Virus record (IMG/VR): IMGVR_UViG_3300044700_000221
DNA from: an uncultured virus (IMG/VR IMGVR_UViG_3300044700_000221)
Lineage: Duplodnaviria > Heunggongvirae > Uroviricota > Caudoviricetes
Length of the DNA: 64,000 bases
Strand: one strand, 5' to 3'
Of the stretch, positions 14,223 to 24,737 are shown one piece after another (positions within the stretch are counted from its first letter, which is position 1; each line of letters opens with the position of its first letter). The position numbers and the translations under genes are program-made. The notes under the pieces are model-generated. The model was not told the DNA's origin and did not search any database. It saw only the letters and a program-made list of their open reading frames with translations.

Positions 14223-14960
14223 ATGACAACTAGCCTTACCTACACTATTTCAAAAGGGCTTCCTTGGGAGCGTTTAATTATTGTGCGGGATCGTGTCACC
14301 CATAGAATCATGAAGCCCACAAAAGCCTGGGGTTCAATTAAGACAAGCACTACTGGTAGAACCTTTTTCTCTACCGCAATCACCGCTGAAGGTGGTGTGC
14401 TAATCACACTTAACAGTGAAGAAACTTACGATCTACCAGCTGGTTCTCTTGAATTTGATGTTATTGCTACAGTACCTAGGGTATATCCATATGCTGGGAC
14501 GGCCACCGAAGTTACACAGCCGATTGCTAAAGGTACAATTACAGTTGAAGACCTTAACAACATCACCCCAATGGAGGACACCCAAGCAATGGAAATCCGA
14601 TTTAAACAACGTGTCGATTTCCGACGTACATTTACTTGGCGCGACTCCACAGACACTATTATCTCTGTACAAAATGCGTACATGCAGGCAAAAAACTCAG
14701 CCGGAGCAACAGTCCTTGACCTTCGGTGGTACAGCACTAAGCCTAGTGAAGAAACAGTTGTTGCACTCACTGCAAACCGACGTGGTTATTTAGCCCCAAT
14801 TGCTGGGGGAACATTAGAAATGCATGTATCGGATAAGAATACAGTTCCAGCAGGAGCTTACCCATTTGATATGTTTGTTCAAGACTCAGCAGGAGATTGG
14901 GATTGTCTCGCATCAGGAACAGTGGTTGTTGAAGCGGCAGTATCGGCTCCCCCCACATGA
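14223..14960 (+). CDS. Virion structural protein, two tandem BppU-like beta-sandwich repeats
   Basis: Internal duplication (LPAGSLEFDV...KGTITVE / VPAGAYPFDM...SGTVVVE); precedes fibre genes. Confidence 0.65.
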   Translation: MTTSLTYTISKGLPWERLIIVRDRVTHRIMKPTKAWGSIKTSTTGRTFFSTAITAEGGVLITLNSEETYDLPAGSLEFDVIATVPRVYPYAGTATEVTQPIAKGTITVEDLNNITPMEDTQAMEIRFKQRVDFRRTFTWRDSTDTIISVQNAYMQAKNSAGATVLDLRWYSTKPSEETVVALTANRRGYLAPIAGGTLEMHVSDKNTVPAGAYPFDMFVQDSAGDWDCLASGTVVVEAAVSAPPT

Positions 14961-15382
14961 CAACAGTAGAAGTAACTAAAACACCTAGTAAATACGTAAC
15001 TGTTACTAAAACATCTACAATCTCTAGTGTTTCTAAGCCATTAGAAGGTGTATTAGAAGTACACGATCCTGGTGTTGCTGGCCCACCCAATACACTAACA
15101 CTTGGATCCGTTACATCAGGAGCTACTGCAGCAGTGTCTATTACTGGCACTGCTCCAACTCAAACTATTAACTTTGTATTACCAGTTGGTGGTAATTACA
15201 CGCATACTCAATCGGTGTCATCTTCAACTTGGACAATCACCCATAACCTTGGATTTCGCCCCGCTGTGTCAGTTGTTGACAGCGGAGGTAGCCATGTTAT
15301 AGGTGATGTAAACTATGTGTCGGTTAACGTTTTAACAGTTTCATTCTCAGCCCCATTTGGGGGTTCGGCTTACTTATCGTGA
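14957..15382 (+). CDS. Minor tail/fibre-associated protein
   Basis: TWTITHNLGFRPAVSVVD...FSAPFGGSAYL. Confidence 0.7.
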   Translation: MTTVEVTKTPSKYVTVTKTSTISSVSKPLEGVLEVHDPGVAGPPNTLTLGSVTSGATAAVSITGTAPTQTINFVLPVGGNYTHTQSVSSSTWTITHNLGFRPAVSVVDSGGSHVIGDVNYVSVNVLTVSFSAPFGGSAYLS

Positions 15383-15388
15383 GGTACC

Positions 15389-16831
15389 ATGTCTAAGTTT
15401 TTAAATAATCTTGATCTCAATGGCAATGAGTTACGCAATGTTAAATTGCAAAACTTAAACACAGCCCCAATATCACCTACCCCTACAGGGGGTGTTATTT
15501 ACTACAATACTGCTAGTAATGTAATTCAGTTTTATAACGGAGGAGCATCAGCATGGACAACCCTATCGGTCGGTGGGCCAAACACTTATCAACCTCTTGA
15601 TGCTGACCTCACGGCTATTGCCGCCCTTACTGGTACAGTAGGTTTCCTCAGGACTAATGGTGCTGGAACTTGGACTATTGACACCAACACTTACTTAACT
15701 CAAAGTACTGGTGTAACCACAGTCAATGGTTCTAGTGGTGCTATTTCTAATGTGGCCCTAACCACTAATACTTTGGCGCAATTTGCTGCTACTACATCTT
15801 CCCAGCTAGCAGGGGTAATTTCAGACGAAACTGGTACTGGCGCGTTGGTGTTTGCTAACACCCCAACATTTGTTAGCCCTATCCTCGGTACTCCTACATC
15901 AGGAACATTGACTAATGCAACTGGTCTCCCCATTACAACTGGTGTTTCTGGGCTTGGTACAGGTGTTGCTACGTTCCTGGCCACCCCGTCATCTGCCAAC
16001 CTGGCATCGGCTGTTACAGATGAAACTGGTTCTGGATTACTAGTTTTTGGTACCAGCCCTGCAATTACTACCTCTATTACTACTGGTAGTGCTTCTTTTG
16101 CCCTAGTTAATACAACTGCTACAGAAGTTAACTTTGCTGGCGCAGCAACTACCCTAAACATTGGTGCTGCTACTGGTACCACTACTATCAATAACAACAC
16201 CGTTATTGGTGGAAACTTGACTGTTAATGGTACAACAACCACCGTAAACAGCACAGTTGTAACTGTTGATGACATCCACATTGAATTGGGTGCAGTAGCG
16301 GTACCAACAGATATTACCGCTGAAAGTGGCGGTATTATCCTTCAGGGTCTAACCAATAAGACCCTTACTTGGATTGGTACTAATACCGCATGGACGTCTT
16401 CAGAAAACTTTGACATTGCTACAGGTAAGACCTACAAGATTAATGGAACTAACGTGCTTTCAAGCACAACTTTGGGTTCTGGAGTTACTGGTTCGTCACT
16501 TACCTCAGTTGGTACAATTACTAGCGGTACTTGGACTGGTACAACCATTGCTGTTGCTAATGGTGGTACTGGTGCAACCACTGCTGCTGGAGCTAAGACA
16601 AACCTTGGCTTTACAACTAAGTTTGCTGAGCCTATTGGTGATGGTTCTGCCACGTCATTTACGGTTTCTCATGGCCTTGCTTCACGCGATGTGCAGGTCT
16701 ATGTGTACGAAACAAACTCACCATGGCAACAAGTGTTCCCTGATGTTAAGCATACCTCTACGTCTGTGGTAACTTTGGAATTTGCAGTCGCCCCAACATC
16801 CGCACAGTACCGAGTTGTAGTTATTGGGTAA
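15389..16831 (+). CDS. Tail fibre protein
   Basis: Gly/Thr-rich fibre repeats (SDETGTGALVF twice), C-terminal HGLASRDV domain. Confidence 0.8.
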   Translation: MSKFLNNLDLNGNELRNVKLQNLNTAPISPTPTGGVIYYNTASNVIQFYNGGASAWTTLSVGGPNTYQPLDADLTAIAALTGTVGFLRTNGAGTWTIDTNTYLTQSTGVTTVNGSSGAISNVALTTNTLAQFAATTSSQLAGVISDETGTGALVFANTPTFVSPILGTPTSGTLTNATGLPITTGVSGLGTGVATFLATPSSANLASAVTDETGSGLLVFGTSPAITTSITTGSASFALVNTTATEVNFAGAATTLNIGAATGTTTINNNTVIGGNLTVNGTTTTVNSTVVTVDDIHIELGAVAVPTDITAESGGIILQGLTNKTLTWIGTNTAWTSSENFDIATGKTYKINGTNVLSSTTLGSGVTGSSLTSVGTITSGTWTGTTIAVANGGTGATTAAGAKTNLGFTTKFAEPIGDGSATSFTVSHGLASRDVQVYVYETNSPWQQVFPDVKHTSTSVVTLEFAVAPTSAQYRVVVIG

Positions 16832-16848
16832 TCCCATAAAGGAAAACA

Positions 16849-18369
16849 ATGGCTAACTTTCTAAAGTCCCTCTTTGTTAAGGGGGTTGAAATTGATACAG
16901 CCAGTGCAACAGCTGGAAAAGTACTCACATACGATGGAACTAAGTTTGCTCCTGCAACCCCTGGTTCGGGTTCTTTAGCCCTTGATGACCTTTCAGATGT
17001 TGTTATTACAACTCCTGCTACAACCCAATTTGTAAGATATAACGGAACTAACTGGGTAAACACAACTATTAGTGCAGGAGATGTTCCTACACTTAATCAA
17101 AACACCACAGGTTCGGCTGCAGTATGGACTACTTCAAGAACAATAACTCTTGCAGGAGACCTAACTGGCAACGTATTAATTAATGGTTCTGCTGATGTTA
17201 CTTTAACTGCAACTGTTGCCGCTAATTCAGTTGCTCTTGGTACCGACACTACGGGAAACTATATGTCAGGTATCTCTGGTACTAGTCCTGTATCTGTGGC
17301 ACATACTGCTGGTGAAGGTTCGTCGGCTACCGTTTCTTTGGCGGCTAGTTATGGTGATACTCAGAACCCGTATGCATCTAAGACTGCTAACTACGTCTTA
17401 GCGGCCCCTAATGGTTCTAGTGGTGCACCTACGTTTAGGGCAATTGTTGCTGCTGATATTCCTACCCTTCCTAACTCTGCTACTACAGCCACAAGTGCGA
17501 ATACTTCTTCTGCGATTGTTGCTCGTGATGCTTCAGGAAACTTCACAGCAGGAACTATCACTGCCGCATTGACAGGCACGGCTTCAGGTAACTTGGTTTC
17601 TGGAGGTGCGCTTGGCACTCCTTCAAGCGGCACACTTACTAACTGTACGTTCCCAACATTAAATCAAAGCACAACTGGTAGTGCAGCAACTTTAACTACA
17701 GCAAGAACACTTTGGGGTCAAAGTTTTAATGGTTCAGCAGCAATATCGGGATCACTAACTGGAGTTGGTGATATAAATACCGCCGCAAGTCCTATAAGTA
17801 CAATATACGCCTCTAACTGGTTTAGGTCAACCGGCACGAGTGGTTGGTATAACGAATCTTATGGTGGTGGAACATTTATGCAAGACACTACGTTTGTTCG
17901 TATATATAACTCTAAAATATTTTATGCTACAGGTGGTATTTGGTCAGTAGATGGAGGAACGGCGTCTACGTCAGGGTATAACTATCTTTTGCGTGGTGGT
18001 ACTTATGGTAACTATGCACCTTTCACATCTACTAGAGATGTTAAAAGAAATATTCAACCATTAGTTGATAGCGGTTCAATGATTGACCAGTTAAATCCGG
18101 TTACGTTTCAAGAAAAAATAACAGAACAAGATGATGAAATTTCTACTGCTTGGAAAGACGCTGATCTTGAGTATGGATTTATTGCTGAAGAAGTGGCAGA
18201 GGTTGCTGCTGGACACTTAGCACAATATAAAGGTATGCCAGACGGAACATTAAAACCTGTTGGTTGGTCATTCCATGGTGTAGTCTCTGTACTTGTTGCA
18301 GAAGTAAAAGAACTTCGTAAACGAATAGCCCAACTTGAATTAACTCAACAAGGAGAAAATAATGGCTGA
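16849..18369 (+). CDS. Tail fibre with C-terminal intramolecular chaperone (peptidase S74-like)
   Basis: STRDVKRNI...LNPVTF...YGFIAEEV...LVAEVKEL. Confidence 0.85.
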   Translation: MANFLKSLFVKGVEIDTASATAGKVLTYDGTKFAPATPGSGSLALDDLSDVVITTPATTQFVRYNGTNWVNTTISAGDVPTLNQNTTGSAAVWTTSRTITLAGDLTGNVLINGSADVTLTATVAANSVALGTDTTGNYMSGISGTSPVSVAHTAGEGSSATVSLAASYGDTQNPYASKTANYVLAAPNGSSGAPTFRAIVAADIPTLPNSATTATSANTSSAIVARDASGNFTAGTITAALTGTASGNLVSGGALGTPSSGTLTNCTFPTLNQSTTGSAATLTTARTLWGQSFNGSAAISGSLTGVGDINTAASPISTIYASNWFRSTGTSGWYNESYGGGTFMQDTTFVRIYNSKIFYATGGIWSVDGGTASTSGYNYLLRGGTYGNYAPFTSTRDVKRNIQPLVDSGSMIDQLNPVTFQEKITEQDDEISTAWKDADLEYGFIAEEVAEVAAGHLAQYKGMPDGTLKPVGWSFHGVVSVLVAEVKELRKRIAQLELTQQGENNG

Positions 18370-18511
18370 CATTCAGTTAGACGTAAACAAAATTGTGGAA
18401 TCACTGGTAAACCAGATCTCACAGCAAGCCCAGCGTATCGCTGTCCTAGAAGCTACAATTGATGCTATACAGAAAGCCCCTAATGCACCTGGTTCTCAGG
18501 AGGAAGAGTGA
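18362..18511 (+). CDS. Small coiled-coil protein (49 aa)
   Basis: Not in the track; MADIQLDVNKIVESLVNQISQQAQRIAVLEATID..., AAGGAG RBS. Confidence 0.7.
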   Translation: MADIQLDVNKIVESLVNQISQQAQRIAVLEATIDAIQKAPNAPGSQEEE

Positions 18512-18711
18512 TTACGCGCATGTATCTTACAAAACAAAATAAGGCTTTGATTGCCTCTTACGCCCGTAGCGTCCTCGGAGCGGCTGTTGCTACCTACACC
18601 GCCACACAGGACGTAAAGCTTACCCTTAATGCCCTCTGGGCTGCGGCTTTGCCAGTTGCTATTCGTTTCTTTAACCCTAAAGACGAAGCTTTTGGTAAGG
18701 GCGAAAAGTGA
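18508..18711 (+). CDS. Holin
   Basis: Small two-TM protein directly upstream of the endolysin; ends NPKDEAFG. Confidence 0.7.
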   Translation: MITRMYLTKQNKALIASYARSVLGAAVATYTATQDVKLTLNALWAAALPVAIRFFNPKDEAFGKGEK

Positions 18712-19499
18712 GTTTACCCTTTATTAAACTAACTGTACCTACCGCTCTTAGACAGTATAAGAACGGTCAGTTGGCTGAAAGCGTCCTTGCCCCAATTAAA
18801 ACTGGTGGCAAGATGTACGCACCAGTTGCAGCAGAGTTCAACAAGCTATATGACGCAGCAATTGCTGCTGGTATCAAGCTAAAGAACGTTGGCGACTACC
18901 GCTCATTCCAGGGCCAGTTAGACATGTTCATGGATCGTTATGTAACAACTGATACTGGTACTGGTGTTACCCGTCAATATGAGGGTAAGACATGGTGGCT
19001 TAAGAAGGGTAAGGCACCCTCAGCGGCCCCAGATCCTACCGGTCTTAAGGGCTCTAACCATGGTTGGGGGCTTGCAATTGACCTTGGTTATGACGTTAAC
19101 GGCAAATTGACGTCAATGGGTGGGGCTTGTTTTGACTGGATGTGCGCTAACGCCCCCAAGTATGGTTTCTACCTCCAAGGTAACAACCCTGCTTCTAAGG
19201 AGTTTGAAGCATGGCACTGGCAGTATTGCCTAGGTGACGCAGCCCCGGATGGTTCAGTACAAGTTGCTCCAGCGGCAGCGCCTGCTGGCGGTGGCATGAA
19301 GTTTGATTACCCAGGAACACCAGTTGGTCTTGGCTCAAAGGGCGCTGCTGCCTCGCTAGTTCAGGCAATCATTGGAGCAAAAGCAGACGGCGATTTTGGT
19401 CCTAAGTCTGTGGCTTCACTTAAAGCATGGCAAACAGCTAATGGCCTAACTGCAGATGGTTCAGTTGGTCCTGTAACATGGAAGAAGATGTTCGGCTGA
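18708..19499 (+). CDS. Endolysin: M15-family peptidase + peptidoglycan-binding domain
   Basis: YRS...SNHGWGLAID...EAWHW; C-terminal ADGDFGPKS...WQTANGLTADGSVGPVTW. Confidence 0.9.
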   Translation: MSLPFIKLTVPTALRQYKNGQLAESVLAPIKTGGKMYAPVAAEFNKLYDAAIAAGIKLKNVGDYRSFQGQLDMFMDRYVTTDTGTGVTRQYEGKTWWLKKGKAPSAAPDPTGLKGSNHGWGLAIDLGYDVNGKLTSMGGACFDWMCANAPKYGFYLQGNNPASKEFEAWHWQYCLGDAAPDGSVQVAPAAAPAGGGMKFDYPGTPVGLGSKGAAASLVQAIIGAKADGDFGPKSVASLKAWQTANGLTADGSVGPVTWKKMFG

Positions 19500-19513
19500 T
19501 AAGGAGCCACTAA

Positions 19514-20362
19514 ATGGCTGTTAGAATTCAATTTAGACGCGGTACTGGTACTGAGTGGTATGACAACAACCCAGTTCTTGCCGTTGGCGAAATGGGTTAT
19601 GTTACTGAAAAATATCCAACTTCAGGTACTGTTCTATACCCAAAAGGTGGTATTAAGTTTGGTGATGGCACTACCGCCTGGAGATCTCTTGATTTTGCTG
19701 CAGCCGGTGACATCTTTGAAGTTAATGCTGGAAATGGCCTAACAGGTGGTGCAAACACTGGAGCTGCAACTCTAGCTATTGACACAACAAAAGTATTTAG
19801 TACATCTTCAATTACTGCTAAAGGTGACCTTTTGGTAGGTAGTGGAGCTAACACTTTTGTATCCGCAACTGTTGGAAGTAACTTTTCAGTATTGACTGCG
19901 AACTCAGCCTCTGCTGGAGGTATTGCGTGGGATAGTACTCTTACCAGAGTTTCTTTAAAATCACCGTTAGAAGCATGGAGTATTGTAAATGCAGCTCCAT
20001 CATCTACAACTGGTGGTGTGCGTAACCTAGATGTTGTTACTGCTAGCGCATGGTATACGACCATTGCTGCTACCCACACATGGACACTGAACATTAGAGG
20101 AGATGGCTCTACCTCTTTAAATAGCCTTCTTCAAACTAACCAAAGTATTACAGTTTCGTTTGCAGCAAATATGGGGGCAACCGGCTATGTGCAATCAAGT
20201 CTTACAATTGATGGCGGGAGTGCTCAAACCATTCAATGGCAAAACGCTCTAGCCCCTTCGGCAAACACAAGCGCAATTGATGTGTACACTTACACTATTG
20301 TTAAAACAGCTGACGCTACCTATACCGTTTTTGGTTCACGCACTAAATTTGATTCGGTGTAA
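19514..20362 (+). CDS. Minor tail protein with Mtd-N-like N-terminus
   Basis: IQFRRGT..EW..NNPVLAVGEMG...KFGDGTTAW. Confidence 0.75.
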   Translation: MAVRIQFRRGTGTEWYDNNPVLAVGEMGYVTEKYPTSGTVLYPKGGIKFGDGTTAWRSLDFAAAGDIFEVNAGNGLTGGANTGAATLAIDTTKVFSTSSITAKGDLLVGSGANTFVSATVGSNFSVLTANSASAGGIAWDSTLTRVSLKSPLEAWSIVNAAPSSTTGGVRNLDVVTASAWYTTIAATHTWTLNIRGDGSTSLNSLLQTNQSITVSFAANMGATGYVQSSLTIDGGSAQTIQWQNALAPSANTSAIDVYTYTIVKTADATYTVFGSRTKFDSV

Positions 20363-20365
20363 TTT

Positions 20366-21814
20366 ATGCCGCTGTTCAATACCTTCACTGGTGGTTCAGC
20401 TAGGGCGTTAGGTAATATTAGCGCTGAACCGCCTGGTAAACCAGTACTAACGGTTACTATTTCCGCTACTTACTTAACTATAGATTTCACCTTTTCTAAT
20501 GGTGCTTTCCCAATTAGCGCTATTGAATATCGATATAGTAGCGGTGCCTTAGGCGACTGGGTAATCTTATCCCCATTATTACGAACCGTAACTTTTTCAA
20601 ATTTAACTCCTAATACTCCTTACAACTATGAGTTCCGTGTTAAAGACCAAGCTAATCAGTATGGATTATCAACAGTTGGGTCAAGCGAAACACTTAATGA
20701 AACAGCTCCTAGCGCCGTAAGCTCCCTTACAGTTAACCCCACTGGTACATCTCAGCTAACCATTTCTTTTGGACCTTCTACTGCGGGTACTTACCCAATC
20801 ACAAAATATCAATATCGCGTAGGTAGTGGTAGTTTCATTGATACCCCAGTTACGGCAAACACCCCGTTTAACATAACCTCATTAAACCCAGAGACTTCAT
20901 ACACTATTTCCGTACGCGCATATGCGTCCTCTGGAACTACAAGTTCTGCCTCATCTGCTTCAGCTACTACAAACCCAACTATTTCTAGTGTTCCAACAAT
21001 CAGTTGGTCACGTATGACATCTAGTGACCGTACAACCGCAAAGTTGTCTTGGAACAATGTTGCAAACTCTTCTACTGGAGCACTTACTTACTATGTGTAC
21101 TCTTACGAAGTAAATGATTCTGAACAAGTAATAACCCAGTTAACAACCCAGTCAACTACGAGCACTACCGCAGATGTTGCAATTGCTGAAGGTAAGAACT
21201 ACAGATTTTATATTTATGCAAACAACCGGTTGAACCAGAACAACGGACCCTCATATAGAGGTGCTCTTACCACAGGTAGGACAAACGTTGAAGATGTTAT
21301 TACAACTGGTCTTACTGAAGTTCACCTCGGCAGACAACGTTCAACAACAGGAACTGCTGGCGCCATAGTCATTAACTTTCCCACTGTGCCGGTTAACTCT
21401 TGGGATGATGGTTATATTTTTGTAGAAAGTGCAAGTATCTATATTAGGAGAGCTACAAATGACGGTGACGCCCCTTTCACTTCCGGTTCGTTTGGGCACA
21501 CCGACGGTTTAAAGTTTGTATTAATGGACGGACAAAATGGTGGGGTCAATGAAGTAACCACATGGGTTCTTCCTACTACAGTGAATCCTAATTTTTTCAA
21601 CGTGACAAACCAGTACATTGCATTTATTACAACCATTAACTTAGGTGGAGGTTCAATTAGTGGGCGCTCCATGAAAGTGACAGCAACCGGTACTAGTGCC
21701 ACAAAGTTTTCACAAGTTCAAACTAACGGCATATTTGCTAACCTAAGTAACAACCTCTTAGGCACTAGCTTTGCGTTAACTATCAAGAAGTCAACTGGGT
21801 CTACCTACAACTAG
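20366..21814 (+). CDS. Fibronectin type III repeat virion protein
   Basis: Repeats NLTPNTPYNYEFRV / SLNPETSYTISVRA / EGKNYRFYIYA. Confidence 0.8.
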   Translation: MPLFNTFTGGSARALGNISAEPPGKPVLTVTISATYLTIDFTFSNGAFPISAIEYRYSSGALGDWVILSPLLRTVTFSNLTPNTPYNYEFRVKDQANQYGLSTVGSSETLNETAPSAVSSLTVNPTGTSQLTISFGPSTAGTYPITKYQYRVGSGSFIDTPVTANTPFNITSLNPETSYTISVRAYASSGTTSSASSASATTNPTISSVPTISWSRMTSSDRTTAKLSWNNVANSSTGALTYYVYSYEVNDSEQVITQLTTQSTTSTTADVAIAEGKNYRFYIYANNRLNQNNGPSYRGALTTGRTNVEDVITTGLTEVHLGRQRSTTGTAGAIVINFPTVPVNSWDDGYIFVESASIYIRRATNDGDAPFTSGSFGHTDGLKFVLMDGQNGGVNEVTTWVLPTTVNPNFFNVTNQYIAFITTINLGGGSISGRSMKVTATGTSATKFSQVQTNGIFANLSNNLLGTSFALTIKKSTGSTYN

Positions 21815-21822
21815 GAGTCATA

Positions 21823-22599
21823 ATGGCGAGAGAGCCACTTTCAAAGTATGACGCAGAAAGGCTTGCGTTTTTTAAGAAGACGCGCAGGTCTTTAAAACAA
21901 TTTGACATTGATCCAACTGAGGGGTCTGGATGGACCACAAAAATTGGTATGTCAACATCATTTCCTGCTGATGAAGAATTTGAAAGCACTGAAGACTCCG
22001 GTACAGATGAAGCTATTATTGAACCACCGCCGACTACACCTCTCCCACCACCATCAGAAATCCTTACTTTAAAGCAATCCTCAAAGATAAAAAAGTCAAC
22101 GCCTCGACCAGACCTCCACCCACTGTTCTATGAAGCTGGACCTAAGCAATCAACGGCAGTTCAAGCTATGCAATGGATTCCAACCCGAATATCTAAGGTT
22201 GACTCTGAACTTGAATCAGACGGAGAGGCTAGTGGGGTGTTTGGTGACATCATTGTTGTGTTTGCTAGACCCTCAAAAGTACAAGAAGGTCTCCGTACCG
22301 GAGCTATGTATGTGTACAAAAACAACACAGAAAGTATGTGGAATACTCTCTCTAAAGCAAGTTCAGTAGGGAGGACCATCAAACTATTAGTTGGTGGAGG
22401 GTTATTTTCTGATAGTGATGGCGACTATTATAAAGACCTACATTCAGACACTATAGACTCCGAAACTGGGAGTGCATGGGCAATGTGGATTTTTGATGAC
22501 TCATGGGGATTGCGTGCTGATAACGCTACAGTAGAGTATCGTGGAATGGAAGAACGGGAGAAGAAGATTAAAGCGCCAATTAAACGCCGCTTTGATTAA
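21823..22599 (+). CDS. Hypothetical protein with KTSC-like segment
   Basis: IIVVF...GAMYVYKN...WNTLSKASSVG. Confidence 0.55.
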   Translation: MAREPLSKYDAERLAFFKKTRRSLKQFDIDPTEGSGWTTKIGMSTSFPADEEFESTEDSGTDEAIIEPPPTTPLPPPSEILTLKQSSKIKKSTPRPDLHPLFYEAGPKQSTAVQAMQWIPTRISKVDSELESDGEASGVFGDIIVVFARPSKVQEGLRTGAMYVYKNNTESMWNTLSKASSVGRTIKLLVGGGLFSDSDGDYYKDLHSDTIDSETGSAWAMWIFDDSWGLRADNATVEYRGMEEREKKIKAPIKRRFD

Positions 22600-22605
22600 C
22601 TAGTA

Positions 22606-22881
22606 ATGAGTTACCTAAACGTAGTACACAAATTTGGTCCAACATATTTAATAACTAGAGACACTGGTATTCCTAAATCTAGGGTGCTGGCTGTTGGGTT
22701 TATGCGTCAAACCGCTCCTCCTTGGGGTACTGGCAAAGGCCTTCAGGTACGTGTTGGTAAGTACATAACACAGTTTGGTATTTGGAAAAATCCAAAGAAC
22801 TTGTCTGAACAAGATGGCCTACTGCACGCTATGCAGGGACGTATACTTGACACATCTGTAGATGAAATTGGAGATTGGTAA
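22606..22881 (+). CDS. Hypothetical protein
   Basis: 91-aa ORF in the operon. Confidence 0.7.
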   Translation: MSYLNVVHKFGPTYLITRDTGIPKSRVLAVGFMRQTAPPWGTGKGLQVRVGKYITQFGIWKNPKNLSEQDGLLHAMQGRILDTSVDEIGDW

Positions 22882-23114
22882 TGAAACTGTTTATGCGTTC
22901 TAAAGCGGAAGAATCATTCAGAGGTTCAAGTATCCCTCGAATTCAGAAAATGGAAACGTCTCAACTGGCTTCCTGGTTTGGCAACATTATTGTTGGGTTA
23001 GGTCAATCTTTTGACCAGTGGAATTACAACGATGGTTCATCCTCTGATGTAACCACAGCGTTAAACAGTTTAGATGAGATATGGAAAGAATTGAGCTCTA
23101 GGTCTAATGGATGA
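22881..23114 (+). CDS. Hypothetical protein
   Basis: TAATG-coupled ORF overlapping the terminase start. Confidence 0.7.
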   Translation: MKLFMRSKAEESFRGSSIPRIQKMETSQLASWFGNIIVGLGQSFDQWNYNDGSSSDVTTALNSLDEIWKELSSRSNG

Positions 23115-24684
23115 GTCCTCTATTGACGAAGAACTTCGTGAGGAACAAGAAGAAGTATTAGATAACTCTAACGAGCTAGACGAAGCTTCTGCTGAATTTG
23201 TAGACCAATTAGTTCTTAAACTCATTTTATTTACAGAAGAATTCTGTAACGTAAAGTTATTTCCATACCAAGTCCCAATTGCATATCGGATTATTGAGTC
23301 CATTGTATTAGGTGATGGTGAAGAAGTGACGCTAATCGCAACCCGTCAGTCCGGTAAGTCTGAGGTGCTATCTAATGTAATGGCATCAATGATGGTTATC
23401 CTCCCTAAGCTTTCTAAGGTCTATCCAACGTGGTTAGGCAAGTTTGAAAAGGGATTCTGGTGTGGTGTGTTTGCCCCAGTTGAAGACCAGGCAGACACCG
23501 TCTTTAGTCGTATCGTTAACAAGCTAACCAGCGACCACGCCATGGACTTTTTGCTTGACCCTGAGATTGACGACAAAGCTACGTCAGGTGGATCACGAGG
23601 TAAGGGCCGAATCATTAGCCTTAAACACTCTGGTTCTTTATGTCGTATGCAGACTTGTAACCCCAAGGCAAAGATTGAATCTAAGACTTACCACTTTGTA
23701 ATGATTGACGAAGCTCAAGAAGCTGACGAGTTCATGATTACCAAATCAATTAAACCAATGTTGGCGTTCAATAACGGTTCTGTTGTTCTTACCGGAACAG
23801 CTACCCGTAACAAATCTTATTTTTATAAGATGATCCAATACAACCGACGTCGCGACATTAATGGTAAACGAAACCATAGACAATCTCATTTTGAGTATGA
23901 CTGGCGTACAGCATCTAAATACAACTCAAACTACGCAAAGTTTATTTCAAAAGAAAAAGTTCGTATTGGTGAAGACTCTGATGAATTCCAAATGTCGTAC
24001 TGTAACAAGTGGATTCTTGAAAAGGGTATGTTCGTAAGCGACGACAGACTAAACAGAATGTATGATGTCTCAATGCCATTGGTTAAACAATGGTGGAGAA
24101 CCCCTGTTGTTGTGGGTATCGACGTAGCCAGAACAAATGACTCTACAGTAGTAAGTGTTGTGTGGGTTGACTGGGACCACCCTGATGGTTTTGGTTTTTA
24201 TGAACACCGAGTTCTCAACTGGCTTGAAATAAACAACACCGAATGGGAACAACAGTACTTTGAAATAATTGACTTCCTACGCAACTATGAGGTGTACAGA
24301 ATAGGTGTAGACGCTCAGGGTGTAGGTGGAGCCGTTGCTGAACGGTTGCAAATTCTAATGCCCCAAATAGAGGTTACAGCTATATCATCTGACGCTAAGG
24401 CTCAAAACGAGCGATGGGTTCACCTAACTGAACTTATTCAAAGAGAGCAACTCATTATTCCTGGGCACTCCAAAGCTAGGCGTACAAGGGTTTGGAAGAA
24501 ATTTAATCAACAAATGTCTGACCTTGAAAAGGTGTACAGAGGTCCTTACCTTTTGGCTGCCGCCCCTGATGAAAAGGGTGCGTTTGATGACTTCCCAGAC
24601 TCCCTAGCAATTGCGTGCTCTTTGTCTGTGGCTGATACCATGCCTGTTGTGACAGTAAGTGAATCGCCCTTCTTTGGGCGCTGA
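23107..24684 (+). CDS. terL: Terminase large subunit
   Basis: Walker A TRQSGKS, Walker B VMIDEAQ, nuclease GIDVA and DDFPDSLA. Confidence 0.93.
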   Translation: MDESSIDEELREEQEEVLDNSNELDEASAEFVDQLVLKLILFTEEFCNVKLFPYQVPIAYRIIESIVLGDGEEVTLIATRQSGKSEVLSNVMASMMVILPKLSKVYPTWLGKFEKGFWCGVFAPVEDQADTVFSRIVNKLTSDHAMDFLLDPEIDDKATSGGSRGKGRIISLKHSGSLCRMQTCNPKAKIESKTYHFVMIDEAQEADEFMITKSIKPMLAFNNGSVVLTGTATRNKSYFYKMIQYNRRRDINGKRNHRQSHFEYDWRTASKYNSNYAKFISKEKVRIGEDSDEFQMSYCNKWILEKGMFVSDDRLNRMYDVSMPLVKQWWRTPVVVGIDVARTNDSTVVSVVWVDWDHPDGFGFYEHRVLNWLEINNTEWEQQYFEIIDFLRNYEVYRIGVDAQGVGGAVAERLQILMPQIEVTAISSDAKAQNERWVHLTELIQREQLIIPGHSKARRTRVWKKFNQQMSDLEKVYRGPYLLAAAPDEKGAFDDFPDSLAIACSLSVADTMPVVTVSESPFFGR

Positions 24685-24737
24685 CTACAAAAAGGTGCTA
24701 ATCTTTACATATACCGAGCTCCTATAGGAGGATTTAA

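Noticed and set aside
19514..20362. Diversity-generating retroelement target (Mtd-like)
   Set aside because: Only the N-terminal Mtd-like segment is present; no reverse transcriptase or template/variable repeat pair was seen in the window.
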